Shown here: positions 9,106 to 19,372 of the stretch, piece by piece | Layout of the letters: each line of letters starts with the position of its first letter | Numbering within the stretch: position 1 is the first letter of the stretch | DNA from: Spirochaetia bacterium | GTDB lineage: Bacteria; Spirochaetota; Spirochaetia; Sphaerochaetales; Sphaerochaetaceae | DNA: 64,000 bases | Assembly: GCA_022482625.1 (NCBI GenBank) | Contig: JAKVOU010000001.1 | Location: 1,038,784 to 1,102,783 of the forward strand | Direction of reading: 5' to 3' | The notes under the pieces: generated by a model | The model's database searches: none | What the model saw: the letters and a program-made list of their open reading frames with translations, nothing else | What the model was told of the DNA's origin: nothing | Program-made: the position numbers and the translations under genes

Positions 9106-9324
9106 TCACTCATCATCAGAATCGGAGAACTCCTTGTCAAATTTATAGATAAGATAACAGAGCATGATAATGACGGCGGCAACAATTATTCCGACTACCA
9201 GCTTGATGACAAAACTGCCATGCCACACGAGGCCAAGGGCAATGAAACCGACAAGCAAACTGATTACGACAATGGCCATCGCCATCTCAATCTTGAAAGG
9301 AGAAAACCCGTCGTCGTCACTCAT
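9106..9324 (-). CDS. Small two-TM membrane protein (hypothetical)
   Basis: 72 aa with two hydrophobic helices and acidic termini. Its start overlaps the thrH stop (ATGA), suggesting translational coupling. Confidence 0.45.
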   Translation of the reverse strand: MSDDDGFSPFKIEMAMAIVVISLLVGFIALGLVWHGSFVIKLVVGIIVAAVIIMLCYLIYKFDKEFSDSDDE

Positions 9325-9929
9325 GGTTGCAAGAACTCCTTGATAATGGCAAGAAATTGGGAATATGTAGTAGCAATCTTAAGCTGTGGTTCTTCTTCCA
9401 ATATTTTCTGCGGTGCCCTGAACAGGCATCCCCCATCGGCATGGCGGATCATGGTAAGGTCATTGTAGGAATCGCCAGCAGCAAAAGTCCTGAAATTCAA
9501 GCTTTTCAAAGCCTCGATAGCCTTGTATTTGCCATCATGCTGCCGCATGGTATAACCTGTGATCATACCGTTATCTCCGACTTCAAGCTCATTGCAGAAT
9601 AAAGTCGGATAACCCAGCTGTTTCATCAACGGTGCAGCAAACTGTGTAAAAGTATCAGAAAGGATAATGACCTGGGTCAGGGATCTCAGATCATCAAGGA
9701 ACTGTCTTGCACCTTCCAAAGGTGCGATCTTTGCAATAGTACCTTGGATATCAGCAAGGCCCAGGCCTCTTTTACCAAGGATATCCAGACGATAGCGCAT
9801 CAGCTTGTCATAATCAGGTTCATCCCTCGTGGTAAGCTTCAACTCTTCTATACCTGTTTCCTGTGAAAAAGCAATCCAGATTTCAGGAACCAGTACTCCT
9901 TCCAAATCCAAGCAAACGATATCCATCAT
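9321..9929 (-). CDS. thrH: Bifunctional phosphoserine phosphatase / homoserine phosphotransferase ThrH
   Basis: Near-colinear match, from memory, to ThrH: DIVCLDLEGVLVPEIWIAFSQETGI, TTRDEPDYDKLM, VIILSDTF, AAGDSYND. Confidence 0.8.
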   Translation of the reverse strand: MMDIVCLDLEGVLVPEIWIAFSQETGIEELKLTTRDEPDYDKLMRYRLDILGKRGLGLADIQGTIAKIAPLEGARQFLDDLRSLTQVIILSDTFTQFAAPLMKQLGYPTLFCNELEVGDNGMITGYTMRQHDGKYKAIEALKSLNFRTFAAGDSYNDLTMIRHADGGCLFRAPQKILEEEPQLKIATTYSQFLAIIKEFLQP

Positions 9930-9949
9930 ATCCTCCCTGACAGCATAAA

Positions 9950-10759
9950 CTACCTGATCGACTCAGCATCCAGATTGGCAGCCTCGATATCCTTGAAATA
10001 TCGGTAGGTACCGACCTTCAGTTCATCACAGGCACTCTCGTCACAGACTACCAAAGCATGGGGATGCATCTGCAGGGCACTTGCCGTACAGTACTGCGTC
10101 ACAGGACCTTCAACACATCCCTGCAAAGCTTTCGCCTTGGCATGCCCGTTGACCAACAGGACTACCGTCCTGGCATTGCAGACTGTCTGTACGCCGACAG
10201 TCAGGGCCTGTGAAGGCACCTTGCTTACATCATTGCCGAAGAAACGGCTGTTCATTACTTTCGTGTCATAGGTAAGGTCCTTTACCCGTGTATGGGAAGA
10301 TAAGCTTGAAAAAGGTTCATTGAAGGCAATATGCCCATCGGCTCCGATACCACCAAGGAACAAGTCGATACCACCATAAGATGCAATTTCATCTTCATAG
10401 TTCCGGCATTCCTGTTCCAAGTCCTCAGCCATGCCATTGAGAATATGGATGTTTTCTTCCCGGATATCTATCTGTGAAAAAAAGTTATTCTTCATAAAAG
10501 AGTGATAGCTTTCCGGATGTGCAGCAGGCAACCCTACATATTCATCCATATTGAACGTAACTACATCACTGAATGATACACTCCCAGCCTTATGCAACTT
10601 GATCAGTTCCTGGTATGTTCCCAGAGGTGTGGAACCTGTCGGCAATCCCAATACATATGGTTTTTTACCGTCTTCCATTGCATGCCTGATCTGACTGGCA
10701 ATGTATTTCGCTGCCCACATGGACATCAGATGATAATCTTCTTCTATCAATACTCTCAC
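9950..10759 (-). CDS. nagB: Glucosamine-6-phosphate deaminase
   Basis: LGLPTGSTP, NMDEYVGL and GIGADGHIAFNEP motifs; 269 aa. Confidence 0.9.
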   Translation of the reverse strand: MRVLIEEDYHLMSMWAAKYIASQIRHAMEDGKKPYVLGLPTGSTPLGTYQELIKLHKAGSVSFSDVVTFNMDEYVGLPAAHPESYHSFMKNNFFSQIDIREENIHILNGMAEDLEQECRNYEDEIASYGGIDLFLGGIGADGHIAFNEPFSSLSSHTRVKDLTYDTKVMNSRFFGNDVSKVPSQALTVGVQTVCNARTVVLLVNGHAKAKALQGCVEGPVTQYCTASALQMHPHALVVCDESACDELKVGTYRYFKDIEAANLDAESIR

Positions 10760-10830
10760 TTGATATATACCTCCGTATCACTTGAAACAAGGACAACAGT
10801 ACAATACAACTTGTACAATAGCAAGTGTTC

Positions 10831-11901
10831 CTAGCCGACCGAGCTGATTATCCCGCCGGCTACAACCGTATCACCCTGGTAAATAACCAAAGACTGCCCA
10901 GGAGTCGCGGCCTTGACAGGAGCAGTAAACGTAGCACGTATCTGATCATCTGAAATCTTCTCAGCCGAAACATTGACAGGTTTTCCTGTCGACCTGATCT
11001 TTGCCTGCAGACCTTCCGTAGAAAAATCCAGCTGACTTCCCCAGACTACATGGTCCGCCATGACTGCAGTGCTGTAAGTTGATGCCTCATTGCCTACGAT
11101 TACCTGATTATGTGCAGGGTCAAGTGCAATGACATACAGAGGCTCCTTGGAAGAGATTCCTAGTCCTCTCCGTTGTCCCAGCGTATAGTGAAAGATACCA
11201 TGATGGGTTCCAAGCTTATGCCCATCTTCGTCAACAATGTCACCCTGCTGGTCACCGACTCCCAGCAGATCAGCATAATCACCATCATAGAAATCCTGGC
11301 TTTCTTGCTGTGCTTCAGGATGAAAACCTTGGGCAACATCGATTTTCCTTACGTCATCCTTATGCATACCTCCCAGGGGAAATAAAATCTTGGAAAGTTG
11401 ACGCTGTCCAAGCCGATAGAGAAAATAGCTCTGATCCTTCAGATCATCTATTCCCCTTTTCAGGCAATAGCGTCCATTCTCATATTCGATACGGGCATAA
11501 TGCCCGGTTGCAAAGGCGTCAAATGTAATTCCCTGTGACTCAAGTTCATCCCACATAGCACCGAATTTGATGGTAGGATTACACCAGACACAAGGATTCG
11601 GAGTCCTGCCATCCAGATATTCGTCCTTGAAATTCCTAAGTACGACATCTTCAAAATTCCTTGAAAGATTCAGTACATGGTGTTCAATTCCGATCATACT
11701 GCACAGCTGTTGTATCCTATCAATATCCTGCGACTTATCAGCAGAAAAACAAAAGTTCCCTTTGGAAGCCTTACCTGTAAGATTGGACCGCTGTGACCAT
11801 AGCAACATCGTTACCCCGATGACATCATATCCTTTTTGCTTCAGCAGATAGGCAACTACGGTCGAGTCAATCCCGCCGCTCATTCCGACCACTACCTTCA
11901 A
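10831..11901 (-). CDS. mnmA: tRNA 2-thiouridine(34) synthase MnmA
   Basis: PP-loop VGMSGGIDSTV, NPCVWCN, ATGHYAR and DQSYFL motifs; 356 aa. Confidence 0.9.
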   Translation of the reverse strand: MKVVVGMSGGIDSTVVAYLLKQKGYDVIGVTMLLWSQRSNLTGKASKGNFCFSADKSQDIDRIQQLCSMIGIEHHVLNLSRNFEDVVLRNFKDEYLDGRTPNPCVWCNPTIKFGAMWDELESQGITFDAFATGHYARIEYENGRYCLKRGIDDLKDQSYFLYRLGQRQLSKILFPLGGMHKDDVRKIDVAQGFHPEAQQESQDFYDGDYADLLGVGDQQGDIVDEDGHKLGTHHGIFHYTLGQRRGLGISSKEPLYVIALDPAHNQVIVGNEASTYSTAVMADHVVWGSQLDFSTEGLQAKIRSTGKPVNVSAEKISDDQIRATFTAPVKAATPGQSLVIYQGDTVVAGGIISSVG

Positions 11902-12088
11902 TGTAATGCTCCTTGTAAAAACTCAACTCTTATTAAAGGAAACAGATAGGAATCCTATCCGTCCATAATCAGTATAGGTGCACTATAGCAATTACAGGCC
12001 AAACGGACAACAGGCAATCAGCACTTGAGAAGTTACCTCCTTTTTGATAAAGTTGTCGGGAAACTTGGAAAGAAAAGGAAGTCAGACC

Positions 12089-13147
12089 ATGGATACCTAT
12101 CTTGCAGCAGTGGAAAGAAGCAAAAAGATTGAAGAAGACATTCAGCACAACCCGGAAAAGCACAGGGTGCTTACCGGTGACCGTCCCACAGGAAGGCTGC
12201 ACATCGGACACTATTTCGGCTCATTGCAGAACCGGGTCAGGCTGTCAAGGCTAGGGGTTCCCACTTGTATCCTCATTGCAGACTATCAGGTATTGACAGA
12301 TCACGACGCCTATCAGGAAATAGCCCAGAATACCAAACAACTGACCATCGATTATCTTGCTGCAGGAATTGAACCGGGAAAGAATGTAATCATCTTCCCC
12401 CACAGCTATGTACCGGAAGCAAACCAACTGATGATCCCTTTCCTGACCTTGGTCACCAATGCAGAACTGAGCCGCAACCCTACCGTAAAAGAAGAAATTC
12501 AGGTTGCAGGCCTCAAGAAAGTCAATGCAGGTATGTATACCTATCCGGTACATCAGGCTTGTGATATCCTCTTCTGCAAAGGAGATATTGTCCCTGTCGG
12601 TAAAGATCAGCTGCCGCACATAGAAATGACCAGATTGATTGCAAGCAGATTCAATAACAAATTCGGCAATGGTAAACAAATCTTCCCCGAACCGGAAGCG
12701 CTGCTGAGCAAAACACCGAACATCTTAGGTTTGGACGGAAGCCAAAAGATGAGCAAGAGCCGTGGCAATGCTATCTTCCTCAGTGCCAGCGAAGATGAAA
12801 CAGCAAAGCTGATTAAAAAAGCCAAGACAGATTCGCAGCGGTTGATCACCTATGATCCTGAAAACAGACCGGAAATAGCAAACTTGCTCCAGCTGATTTC
12901 CCTATGTACAGGAGAAAATCCTTCAGCAATTGCAGAACACATCGGTGAAGGTGGAGCTGGCCTGCTCAAGAAGCAGCTTACCGAAGCACTCAACGAAGAA
13001 CTGCGACCTTTGAGAGCAAGAAGAGCCCAGTTGGAAAAAGATCCGCAGTATATCCGCAATGTCCTGCTTGACGGTGCCCAGAAAGCCAGGGAAATGGCTA
13101 TCAGCACGCTTTCAGAAGTTCGGAAAGCAATGAATATGGTCATCTAA
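12089..13147 (+). CDS. trpS: Tryptophan--tRNA ligase
   Basis: Class I motifs: HIGHY (HIGH) and KMSKS. The ATG at 12089 follows GAAAAGGAAG; the listed ORF start at 12044 is probably an upstream extension. Confidence 0.9.
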   Translation: MDTYLAAVERSKKIEEDIQHNPEKHRVLTGDRPTGRLHIGHYFGSLQNRVRLSRLGVPTCILIADYQVLTDHDAYQEIAQNTKQLTIDYLAAGIEPGKNVIIFPHSYVPEANQLMIPFLTLVTNAELSRNPTVKEEIQVAGLKKVNAGMYTYPVHQACDILFCKGDIVPVGKDQLPHIEMTRLIASRFNNKFGNGKQIFPEPEALLSKTPNILGLDGSQKMSKSRGNAIFLSASEDETAKLIKKAKTDSQRLITYDPENRPEIANLLQLISLCTGENPSAIAEHIGEGGAGLLKKQLTEALNEELRPLRARRAQLEKDPQYIRNVLLDGAQKAREMAISTLSEVRKAMNMVI

Positions 13148-13195
13148 CCATATGCCGTAGATAGCCATTATTGTCATATACAGATTACAGAGAGT

Positions 13196-13232
13196 AAAAA
13201 AAGGTCCCTTCGTTTTCGAAGGAACCTTTTTT
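13196..13232. terminator. Bidirectional intrinsic terminator
   Basis: A7-GGTCCCTTCG-tttt-CGAAGGAACC-T6 (9 of 10 bp paired). It sits between trpS (+) and tRNA-Asp (-). Confidence 0.7.
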
Positions 13233-13235
13233 AAA

Positions 13236-13309
13236 CGAGAGCGACGGGTATCGAACCCGCGATCTTCGGCGTGACAGGCCGACGCGATAACCAGCTTCGC
13301 TACGCCCTC
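13236..13309 (-). tRNA. tRNA-Asp (anticodon GTC)
   Basis: Hand-folded cloverleaf: acceptor GAGGGCG/CGCTCTC, D stem GCGA/TCGC, anticodon stem TCGGC/GCCGA with loop CTGTCAC, T arm GCGGG-TTCGATA-CCCGT, discriminator G. CCA is not encoded. Confidence 0.85.
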
Positions 13310-13423
13310 ATGACAGAAGGAACTTACATAATTTTTCTCTTCTTGTCAATGGATATCAATTCCATTTGTCTTCAAATGCAAAAAATGATGGATTATAGCT
13401 GAACATTTCAGATAAAAACCCTC

Positions 13424-14710
13424 TTATTTCCTACCATCTTTCTGCTTTTCCAGCATAATCGAAAGGATAGTCCTGTCCGTCTGTTCCATTCCCTCATGGC
13501 TGATTCGTGAGAGGTAATCAAAGCTCTGTATACTGTCCATACCGACAATTCCGCTTTCCTCATCGGGAGCATGTCCACTGAAAGCGAGTTTACAGGCAAG
13601 TATTGCACTTTGTACACAAGAGTATATCTTAAGGGCACAGGTCATCTTCGCTCCGTCACAGATAATTCCAGTCAAATCTCCTACCATGACATTGACAGCA
13701 CGGTCCATGCAGGCACGGTCCCCTCCCAAAAGGTATACCAGACCACAGGCAGTCCCTATCGAGGCAGTAAAGGCACCGCAGAGCGCTGACAGACGATCTT
13801 TCCTTGCTGTCAGGGACAGGCCGACCAGCTCACTGATACATAAGGCTTTTGCCAACTCATCATCATCCTTTCCAAGATATCGGGCTACTACAGCGATAGG
13901 TACCGTAATGGTTATACCCTGGTTTCCGCTTCCGCTGTTGATTACCACAGGAAGAGGACAACCAGCCATCCTGGCATCACTCGCAGCTGCAGCCAAGCTA
14001 GCTGCCAAACAAAATGCATCATCAAGCGAACGGGGTGGTTCCTTCTGGCCTGCATACGTCACTTTCCCCACCGACAGGCCATACTCGCCTTTCAATGCAT
14101 GACGGGCAAGGCTGAGATTAGTCTTTGCAGCCTGAAGCAATAACGAAGAAGTGCGCTCCGGCATGGTACATGCAAAACCAATGATATCTGCCAACACGAC
14201 ACTCGCCATGAATGCAGTGTCACCGGTAGGACTGCAGGTATTGCCAAGAGGCTCATCCAACAATACTTTTCCATCCTGTTCCAAATAAGAAAAATGTGAA
14301 TGTGACCCACTTATCACGGCAACCGCATCATGTCGGCAATCCTTGAGGCTGACCTTGACGAAAAGAGATGGCAATTCCTCTGAAATGTGCAGATTGACCG
14401 TATAAGAAGCTGCAAGTGCCCGCTGCATTTCGTTGACATCAGACAGGATTTCCAAACCTTTGGAATCATCTCCCAGGGCAACTCCCAAGGCAACGGCAGC
14501 CTGGACTCCTTTCATCTTGCAGTTGGGAATACCGACACCCATGGCATTCTTGACCATATCACGGCTGGTCAGCACATCAATCATAGAAGCGGTACCATCA
14601 AAAAGACTTTTTGCCTTGGCTCCAGCCAAGGCACAGGCAGCTGGTTCGGTACATCCCATGGCAATGACCAATTCCTGATTCAACAGTTCTACGAATTTTT
14701 CTTTTTCCAT
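13424..14710 (-). CDS. UPF0597 / L-cysteine desulfidase-like (serine dehydratase alpha-like) family protein
   Basis: N-terminal ELVIAMGCTEPAACALAGAKAK and internal INSGSGNQG and DGAKMTCALK motifs are typical of this family. The start is taken at MEKEKF (14710); the listed ORF extends to 14734. Confidence 0.75.
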   Translation of the reverse strand: MEKEKFVELLNQELVIAMGCTEPAACALAGAKAKSLFDGTASMIDVLTSRDMVKNAMGVGIPNCKMKGVQAAVALGVALGDDSKGLEILSDVNEMQRALAASYTVNLHISEELPSLFVKVSLKDCRHDAVAVISGSHSHFSYLEQDGKVLLDEPLGNTCSPTGDTAFMASVVLADIIGFACTMPERTSSLLLQAAKTNLSLARHALKGEYGLSVGKVTYAGQKEPPRSLDDAFCLAASLAAAASDARMAGCPLPVVINSGSGNQGITITVPIAVVARYLGKDDDELAKALCISELVGLSLTARKDRLSALCGAFTASIGTACGLVYLLGGDRACMDRAVNVMVGDLTGIICDGAKMTCALKIYSCVQSAILACKLAFSGHAPDEESGIVGMDSIQSFDYLSRISHEGMEQTDRTILSIMLEKQKDGRK

Positions 14711-14863
14711 GGTACCAATACTACCACAACACATTGGCAGATGCCAATATTCTCATTGCCATAATTTTACATATCATAATTTATTATAGTAAAAAATCAC
14801 GTAAAGATAATAATACATATCAATTACTTATATTTTCACAAATATATACATACTACACATTTA

Positions 14864-16075
14864 TCAATATGACTTAATTGTTGCACAAAAGACCCTGCCC
14901 GTCAGCTCAATGGCATATTGTGTTCCGGAAGCAATCAGCAAACAGTCCCCCTGATGCAGTTCATGCACAGATTCATTGGCTCGCAGGCTTCCTGAACCTT
15001 GTTCAACGAACAGGATTTCAAAGGCAGGACAAAAAACTTCATACTTCCCCGCAGGCATGACGACAAGTGAAAATTCTTCTGCAGGACTCTCCACTACAGT
15101 ACGACCAAAGGAATCGTAATGTTCTCCAGCTTTGGATGGTATCTCACTCTTCACAGAAAGGACTTTCAGCAATTCAGGCACATCCATCTTCTTATGCGTC
15201 AACCCTCCCCTGAGCACATTGTCTGAAGCACTCATGAGTTCCATTCCATTACCATACACATATGCATGCAATGTCCGCGGTGCAAGATATAGGGCTTCTC
15301 CAGGACAAAGATGTACAATATTGAGCAACACAGGGCAAAAGAGCCCTGGGTCCTCAGGATACTCTTTATGACAGGAAATGATGATATCACGGCTCTCAAG
15401 GAATACTGCATCTTTGGATGCAGCAGGCAACAGCGAGGGATTGCTGGAAAGCCTTGAGATCATTTCCCCGATCAAATTTCTCAGCTGTACTTTTTCCATC
15501 GTATACAACTGCTCAAATACCTTGGCAAGCAAGGCATCTCCCTCGTAATGAGCCATGAGCGGTAAGAAAAAGGTTTCATAGCCTTGTGGGATAAGATTCT
15601 GGAGCAAAGGCAGACTTTCCTGCACCGGTCTGAATCCGCACATAGCAGTAATCGGAGTCAATGCATAGATTATTTCAGCTTTCCGATTAGGATCCTTATA
15701 GTTCCATTGACTTCTAGGGACAGTCTTACGATATGCAGTTTCCTTTGCCCATCCTTCCCTTGCAAGTTCTGTTGAGGGATGGCATTGGATGGACAGTGGC
15801 TTTGCTATGGCAAGCACCTTGAAAAGCAAAGGAAGTTCCTTACCAAACCTGCTGATGCTTTTCTCACCAAGGCATTGGTAATGGTCAGAAATATAGGATT
15901 TCAGGTCACCTCCCTGGTCGATTACCAATGCAGGTGCTGCTTCATGGGCACCCATCCACAGTTCCGCCTTCGGCTTACCATCAGGAATCTTTCCCAACAA
16001 ATCAGGTATAAAATCTGTATCTCCCCAGTCATATTCCATAATCCGAGGTTGTAGCCGTATGATTTTTTCTATCAT
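14864..16075 (-). CDS. manA: Mannose-6-phosphate isomerase, class I
   Basis: YDWG near the N-terminus, ELWMGAH, the zinc-site LSIQCHPS, and AYVYGNGMELMSASDNVLRGGLT. Confidence 0.85.
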   Translation of the reverse strand: MIEKIIRLQPRIMEYDWGDTDFIPDLLGKIPDGKPKAELWMGAHEAAPALVIDQGGDLKSYISDHYQCLGEKSISRFGKELPLLFKVLAIAKPLSIQCHPSTELAREGWAKETAYRKTVPRSQWNYKDPNRKAEIIYALTPITAMCGFRPVQESLPLLQNLIPQGYETFFLPLMAHYEGDALLAKVFEQLYTMEKVQLRNLIGEMISRLSSNPSLLPAASKDAVFLESRDIIISCHKEYPEDPGLFCPVLLNIVHLCPGEALYLAPRTLHAYVYGNGMELMSASDNVLRGGLTHKKMDVPELLKVLSVKSEIPSKAGEHYDSFGRTVVESPAEEFSLVVMPAGKYEVFCPAFEILFVEQGSGSLRANESVHELHQGDCLLIASGTQYAIELTGRVFCATIKSY

Positions 16076-16221
16076 AATCCATTCCCCTTGCTTACTGCAT
16101 TGTTGCAGACCATGGGAAATAGCTCAAGGGGTAATGCCGGACAAAAAAGAAAAGAAGAGCTACTGCACCAAAATGCACTAGCCCTTCAGCTCAATAAAAA
16201 GAATATGAAGAATTTATAATA

Positions 16222-17526
16222 CTATCTGTTCAGCAAAGAAAATCTGACGGAAACACCCTCAACGGGATGATCACCTACCCTATCGCCATACTCGACCGTA
16301 TAGTAGGCTGCATCAATATGGAACAGAAGAAGATCCAATCCAACCCCGAAACTTCTAGTATTTTCACTCCACCCAGCCCTGAGATCAATGAATCCAAGCA
16401 AGTTTGCCTTGGCACCCAGATGCAGGCTGCTCATCAATGCATCCTGCTTTTCTTCCTCGGTCTCTGCCTCAAAGTAATCAAGACAATCATCCAAATCAGC
16501 AGTGATGACCGGCCTGAACGGCAAGGAATCCAACTTCCAGGCAGCACCAAGCGAAAGGGAAGAATCAGAAGTAACCGTATAGCTTGCAGAAGGATCCTTC
16601 CCCGTATATCCGGCATCATCAGGGATCAAATCTTCGGTATACTTACTGAGGATAGGGTCCTCATCAAGCAAAGTCTTCAATGAATCATAGGCAGTAAAGG
16701 TATAGGTACCGTTGATGTTCTTCATGACGGCACTGACAGTCAGGCCCATCGGCAGGTTGACATTGGCACCGACACTGACAGGAATTGCATAGCCACTGGC
16801 AAACGGTGTCTGATAGAGCAATGTGTTCGAATAGGTATCATCATCAATCATGTTATACAAATTATCGTAAGTGACACCGGAGCTATACACCCGATAGACG
16901 AAACTGCCGGAAGCACCTACATCAATGAACCCATTGAGCATGGAAAATCCGAGACCTGCAGTTGCAACGGCATTTGTTTCACTGAGAACATCAGGGTTCG
17001 TACCGTCATATCCAGTCTCTCCGTTCCCTGTAGAATAGTAGGCTATATTCTGTTGAACTTCCAAAGCAGTTGCCAGATGACGGAATTTCAGACCTACCAT
17101 TGCCTGGGTCGTAACAATATCAGCATTCCTTCCATCAATCGCAGAAAGCAAGATAGTAGAAATATCGGGGAGAGGAGAAGAACCTTCAGCAGCTTCGACA
17201 ATATCCGGTTCGTTATTCTGATTGCCATCTACAAGCAACTTGCTCGGATTATTGACAGCAACCGTTACAGATGGAAATACCAGACGGAATCCTGTCTTTG
17301 AAATCATTGCAGGGTTATCCAGCCAACTGTCAAAGAACTCACTGTCTGCCAACGTTGCACCACCCATTGCAAGGGAATGGGTGCTGATTCGTTCATACGG
17401 ATCTGTTACCCAAGTATACTCCGTAGAATTCAGTGAAGATTGTGACAGGTCACTCGTTGCAAAGGTAGGCATAGCACTCACCAAAGCACAAGCTATTGCT
17501 GCTAAAAACATTTTCTTCGTTTTCAT
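16222..17526 (-). CDS. Secreted/outer-membrane protein of unknown function
   Basis: It has a signal peptide (MKTKKMFLAAIACALVSAMPTFA). The sequence is rich in alternating S/T/G/Y/N beta-strand-like segments, consistent with a beta-barrel, but no family is recognised. Confidence 0.6.
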   Translation of the reverse strand: MKTKKMFLAAIACALVSAMPTFATSDLSQSSLNSTEYTWVTDPYERISTHSLAMGGATLADSEFFDSWLDNPAMISKTGFRLVFPSVTVAVNNPSKLLVDGNQNNEPDIVEAAEGSSPLPDISTILLSAIDGRNADIVTTQAMVGLKFRHLATALEVQQNIAYYSTGNGETGYDGTNPDVLSETNAVATAGLGFSMLNGFIDVGASGSFVYRVYSSGVTYDNLYNMIDDDTYSNTLLYQTPFASGYAIPVSVGANVNLPMGLTVSAVMKNINGTYTFTAYDSLKTLLDEDPILSKYTEDLIPDDAGYTGKDPSASYTVTSDSSLSLGAAWKLDSLPFRPVITADLDDCLDYFEAETEEEKQDALMSSLHLGAKANLLGFIDLRAGWSENTRSFGVGLDLLLFHIDAAYYTVEYGDRVGDHPVEGVSVRFSLLNR

Positions 17527-18300
17527 TCGGCAACCTCCATTTAGGCAAGCAGGTCAACACTGGCAAGCCTGTTAACTACGACATGTTCACCATAAAATGT
17601 AAAAATTTCCATTCCTCTCATATAGTCTACAGTTTTTTACGATATTATATAAAGCATATGCTAGACAAAATATTCTATTTGTAAAGTCTATATATATCCT
17701 GTTAAAATTAATTAAAAGTTTACTATTAGATAAATGTATTATACACTATAATAAAAAATTTGAAAAGATAAATATTGAAAGAAAATATTATTTACTGATC
17801 TATAATTACAACCAAATTAGATGGAATCAATACATTATTTACCTATTTCATTACCTAGTTAACATATATTAATTAATTACCATAAAACATACAGAATGTG
17901 GATTAATGAAACATCAATTTTTCAATCTTTCAATATCAAAATCGGATGGTTCATACACACATCAATACAAGTTTACATTCAGGGCACAAGCGAATTTTTC
18001 CCCTGAAACTACTCCTTTTCTCCCCGTTCAAAACAAAAAAGGATATCGGATCTGCCAGCTTTTGCATCAGCTGGGACAACAGTATTTCTTTGTCTTTATC
18101 CCAGTTTTGAGCATTCACTCTTAGAACTCAAAAAAACATTTATACTTTGGTCCGCTTTTACAGCCAAAGACATAAGTCTACGTTAAGATTTAATCTGTTT
18201 TTACGGACTATAACAATACGCAAAGTCTCTAAAAACGTATTTATTAACATATAATCATTTTTTTAGTTCTTTTTCCCGTACCTAATGTTATCGTAAGATC

Positions 18301-18642
18301 ATGGAGACTAATGCATATCGATTCTGGAAAAGAGTAGACACGGAAAAAGTGATTTCTTTGAAATCCCTTTCGGAAGCTGCAGGTATTTCATACAAGAACA
18401 TGAAGGACCAACGTTCCTTGGACCGCCTTCCAAAACTGGAAGATGCATATGCTATTGCCACAGTCCTTGGAGTAAGTGTCGAGTACCTCCTGACAGGAAA
18501 AAATAAATTTGTCATTCCTGCTGCAATCCAGGATATCATCACAAGGCTGTCCAGAGCTTCAGAAGACGAACTCAATATGATCCGCCGTCTGTTAGGTTTG
18601 CCTATCCGTGGTACAGTATCAAAAATCGAAGAGAAAGCATAA
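18301..18642 (+). CDS. XRE-family helix-turn-helix transcriptional regulator
   Basis: ISLKSLSEAAGISYKNMKDQRS...DAYAIATVLGVSVEYLLTGK is a classic Cro/C1-type HTH. 113 aa, following a very AT-rich spacer. Confidence 0.75.
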   Translation: METNAYRFWKRVDTEKVISLKSLSEAAGISYKNMKDQRSLDRLPKLEDAYAIATVLGVSVEYLLTGKNKFVIPAAIQDIITRLSRASEDELNMIRRLLGLPIRGTVSKIEEKA

Positions 18643-18874
18643 CTCTACTTTATTTCCTAAGTACACGACAGAGGTAAAAAGAAAAATCCAGACAGGGATT
18701 CCCTCAAAAGAAAATATAACAGCATCAGATAGCCTTGCTTTCATTACAGAAAACAAAGTAAGAATGTAATCAACTCTTTTTGTTGCTATTGAATCAGAAT
18801 CCTTTTGTAGCCTCTTTCAAGGAAGGCAACACCAGATCAAGTATTCCGTACATGCAACTGCATATATATAGATA

Positions 18875-18906
18875 CTGCCTGTTGCAGATAATCCTACAAC
18901 AGGCAG
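18875..18906 (-). terminator. Hairpin downstream of tRNA-Gly
   Basis: CTGCCTGTTG-12 nt-CAACAGGCAG (10-bp stem), 8 nt beyond the tRNA 3' end on the minus strand and followed by T/A-rich sequence. Confidence 0.5.
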
Positions 18907-18914
18907 CAACAACC

Positions 18915-18986
18915 AGCGACAGACGGGAATCGAACCCGCATCTCCAGCTTGGGAAGCTGGGGTAATAACCACTATACGACTGTCGC
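18915..18986 (-). tRNA. tRNA-Gly (anticodon CCC)
   Basis: Hand-folded: acceptor GCGACAG/CTGTCGC, anticodon stem CCAGC/GCTGG with loop TTCCCAA, T arm GCGGG-TTCGATT-CCCGT, discriminator T. 72 nt. Confidence 0.85.
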
Positions 18987-19119
18987 AGACAATATGCTCC
19001 TCACCAGCGCATACAGATAGGAAGATAAACGAAACAAGAAAAGAAATCAAGACAAAAAAGGAAAATCTCAACTTACATAGCAGTTTTGTAAAATCAAAAA
19101 TCTCCAGAATTCCTCTATC

Positions 19120-19148
19120 TTGACAGACGGAATTCATCACGATATATT
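19120..19148 (+). promoter_or_regulatory. Sigma70-type promoter for tRNA-Leu
   Basis: TTGACA at 19120..19125, a 17-nt spacer, then TATATT at 19143..19148. The mature tRNA 5' end lies 10 nt downstream. Confidence 0.65.
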
Positions 19149-19157
19149 AGCACGCAT

Positions 19158-19243
19158 GCCCAGATGGCGGAATTGGTAGACGCGCTAGGTTCAGGTCCTA
19201 GTGTCTGTTAAAGGATGTGCAAGTTCAAATCTTGTTCTGGGCA
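19158..19243 (+). tRNA. tRNA-Leu (anticodon CAG), long variable arm
   Basis: Acceptor GCCCAGA/TCTGGGC, anticodon stem CTAGG/CCTAG with loop TTCAGGT, a 17-nt variable arm, T arm GCAAG-TTCAAAT-CTTGT, discriminator A. Confidence 0.85.
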
Positions 19244-19372
19244 GATAGAGCTAACTATTTCTGGCATATATCTTTGCTGAAGTAGGTAGCTCCTTTTTTT
19301 CTCCGAAAATCAAGGACAAAAAGGTGGAGTATGACCTCTATTGATACCTAAATGATTTTTTACGGGGAGAAA

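Noticed and set aside
12251-13143. Minus-strand ORFs antisense to trpS (12251..12679, 12607..12849, 12850..13143)
   Set aside because: The opposite strand carries the HIGH and KMSKS class I synthetase motifs, so these are shadow ORFs.
17906-18124. 72-aa ORF in the AT-rich spacer
   Set aside because: It has no RBS and a composition-driven translation (K/F/N/I-rich then Q/L-rich). It is most likely non-coding.
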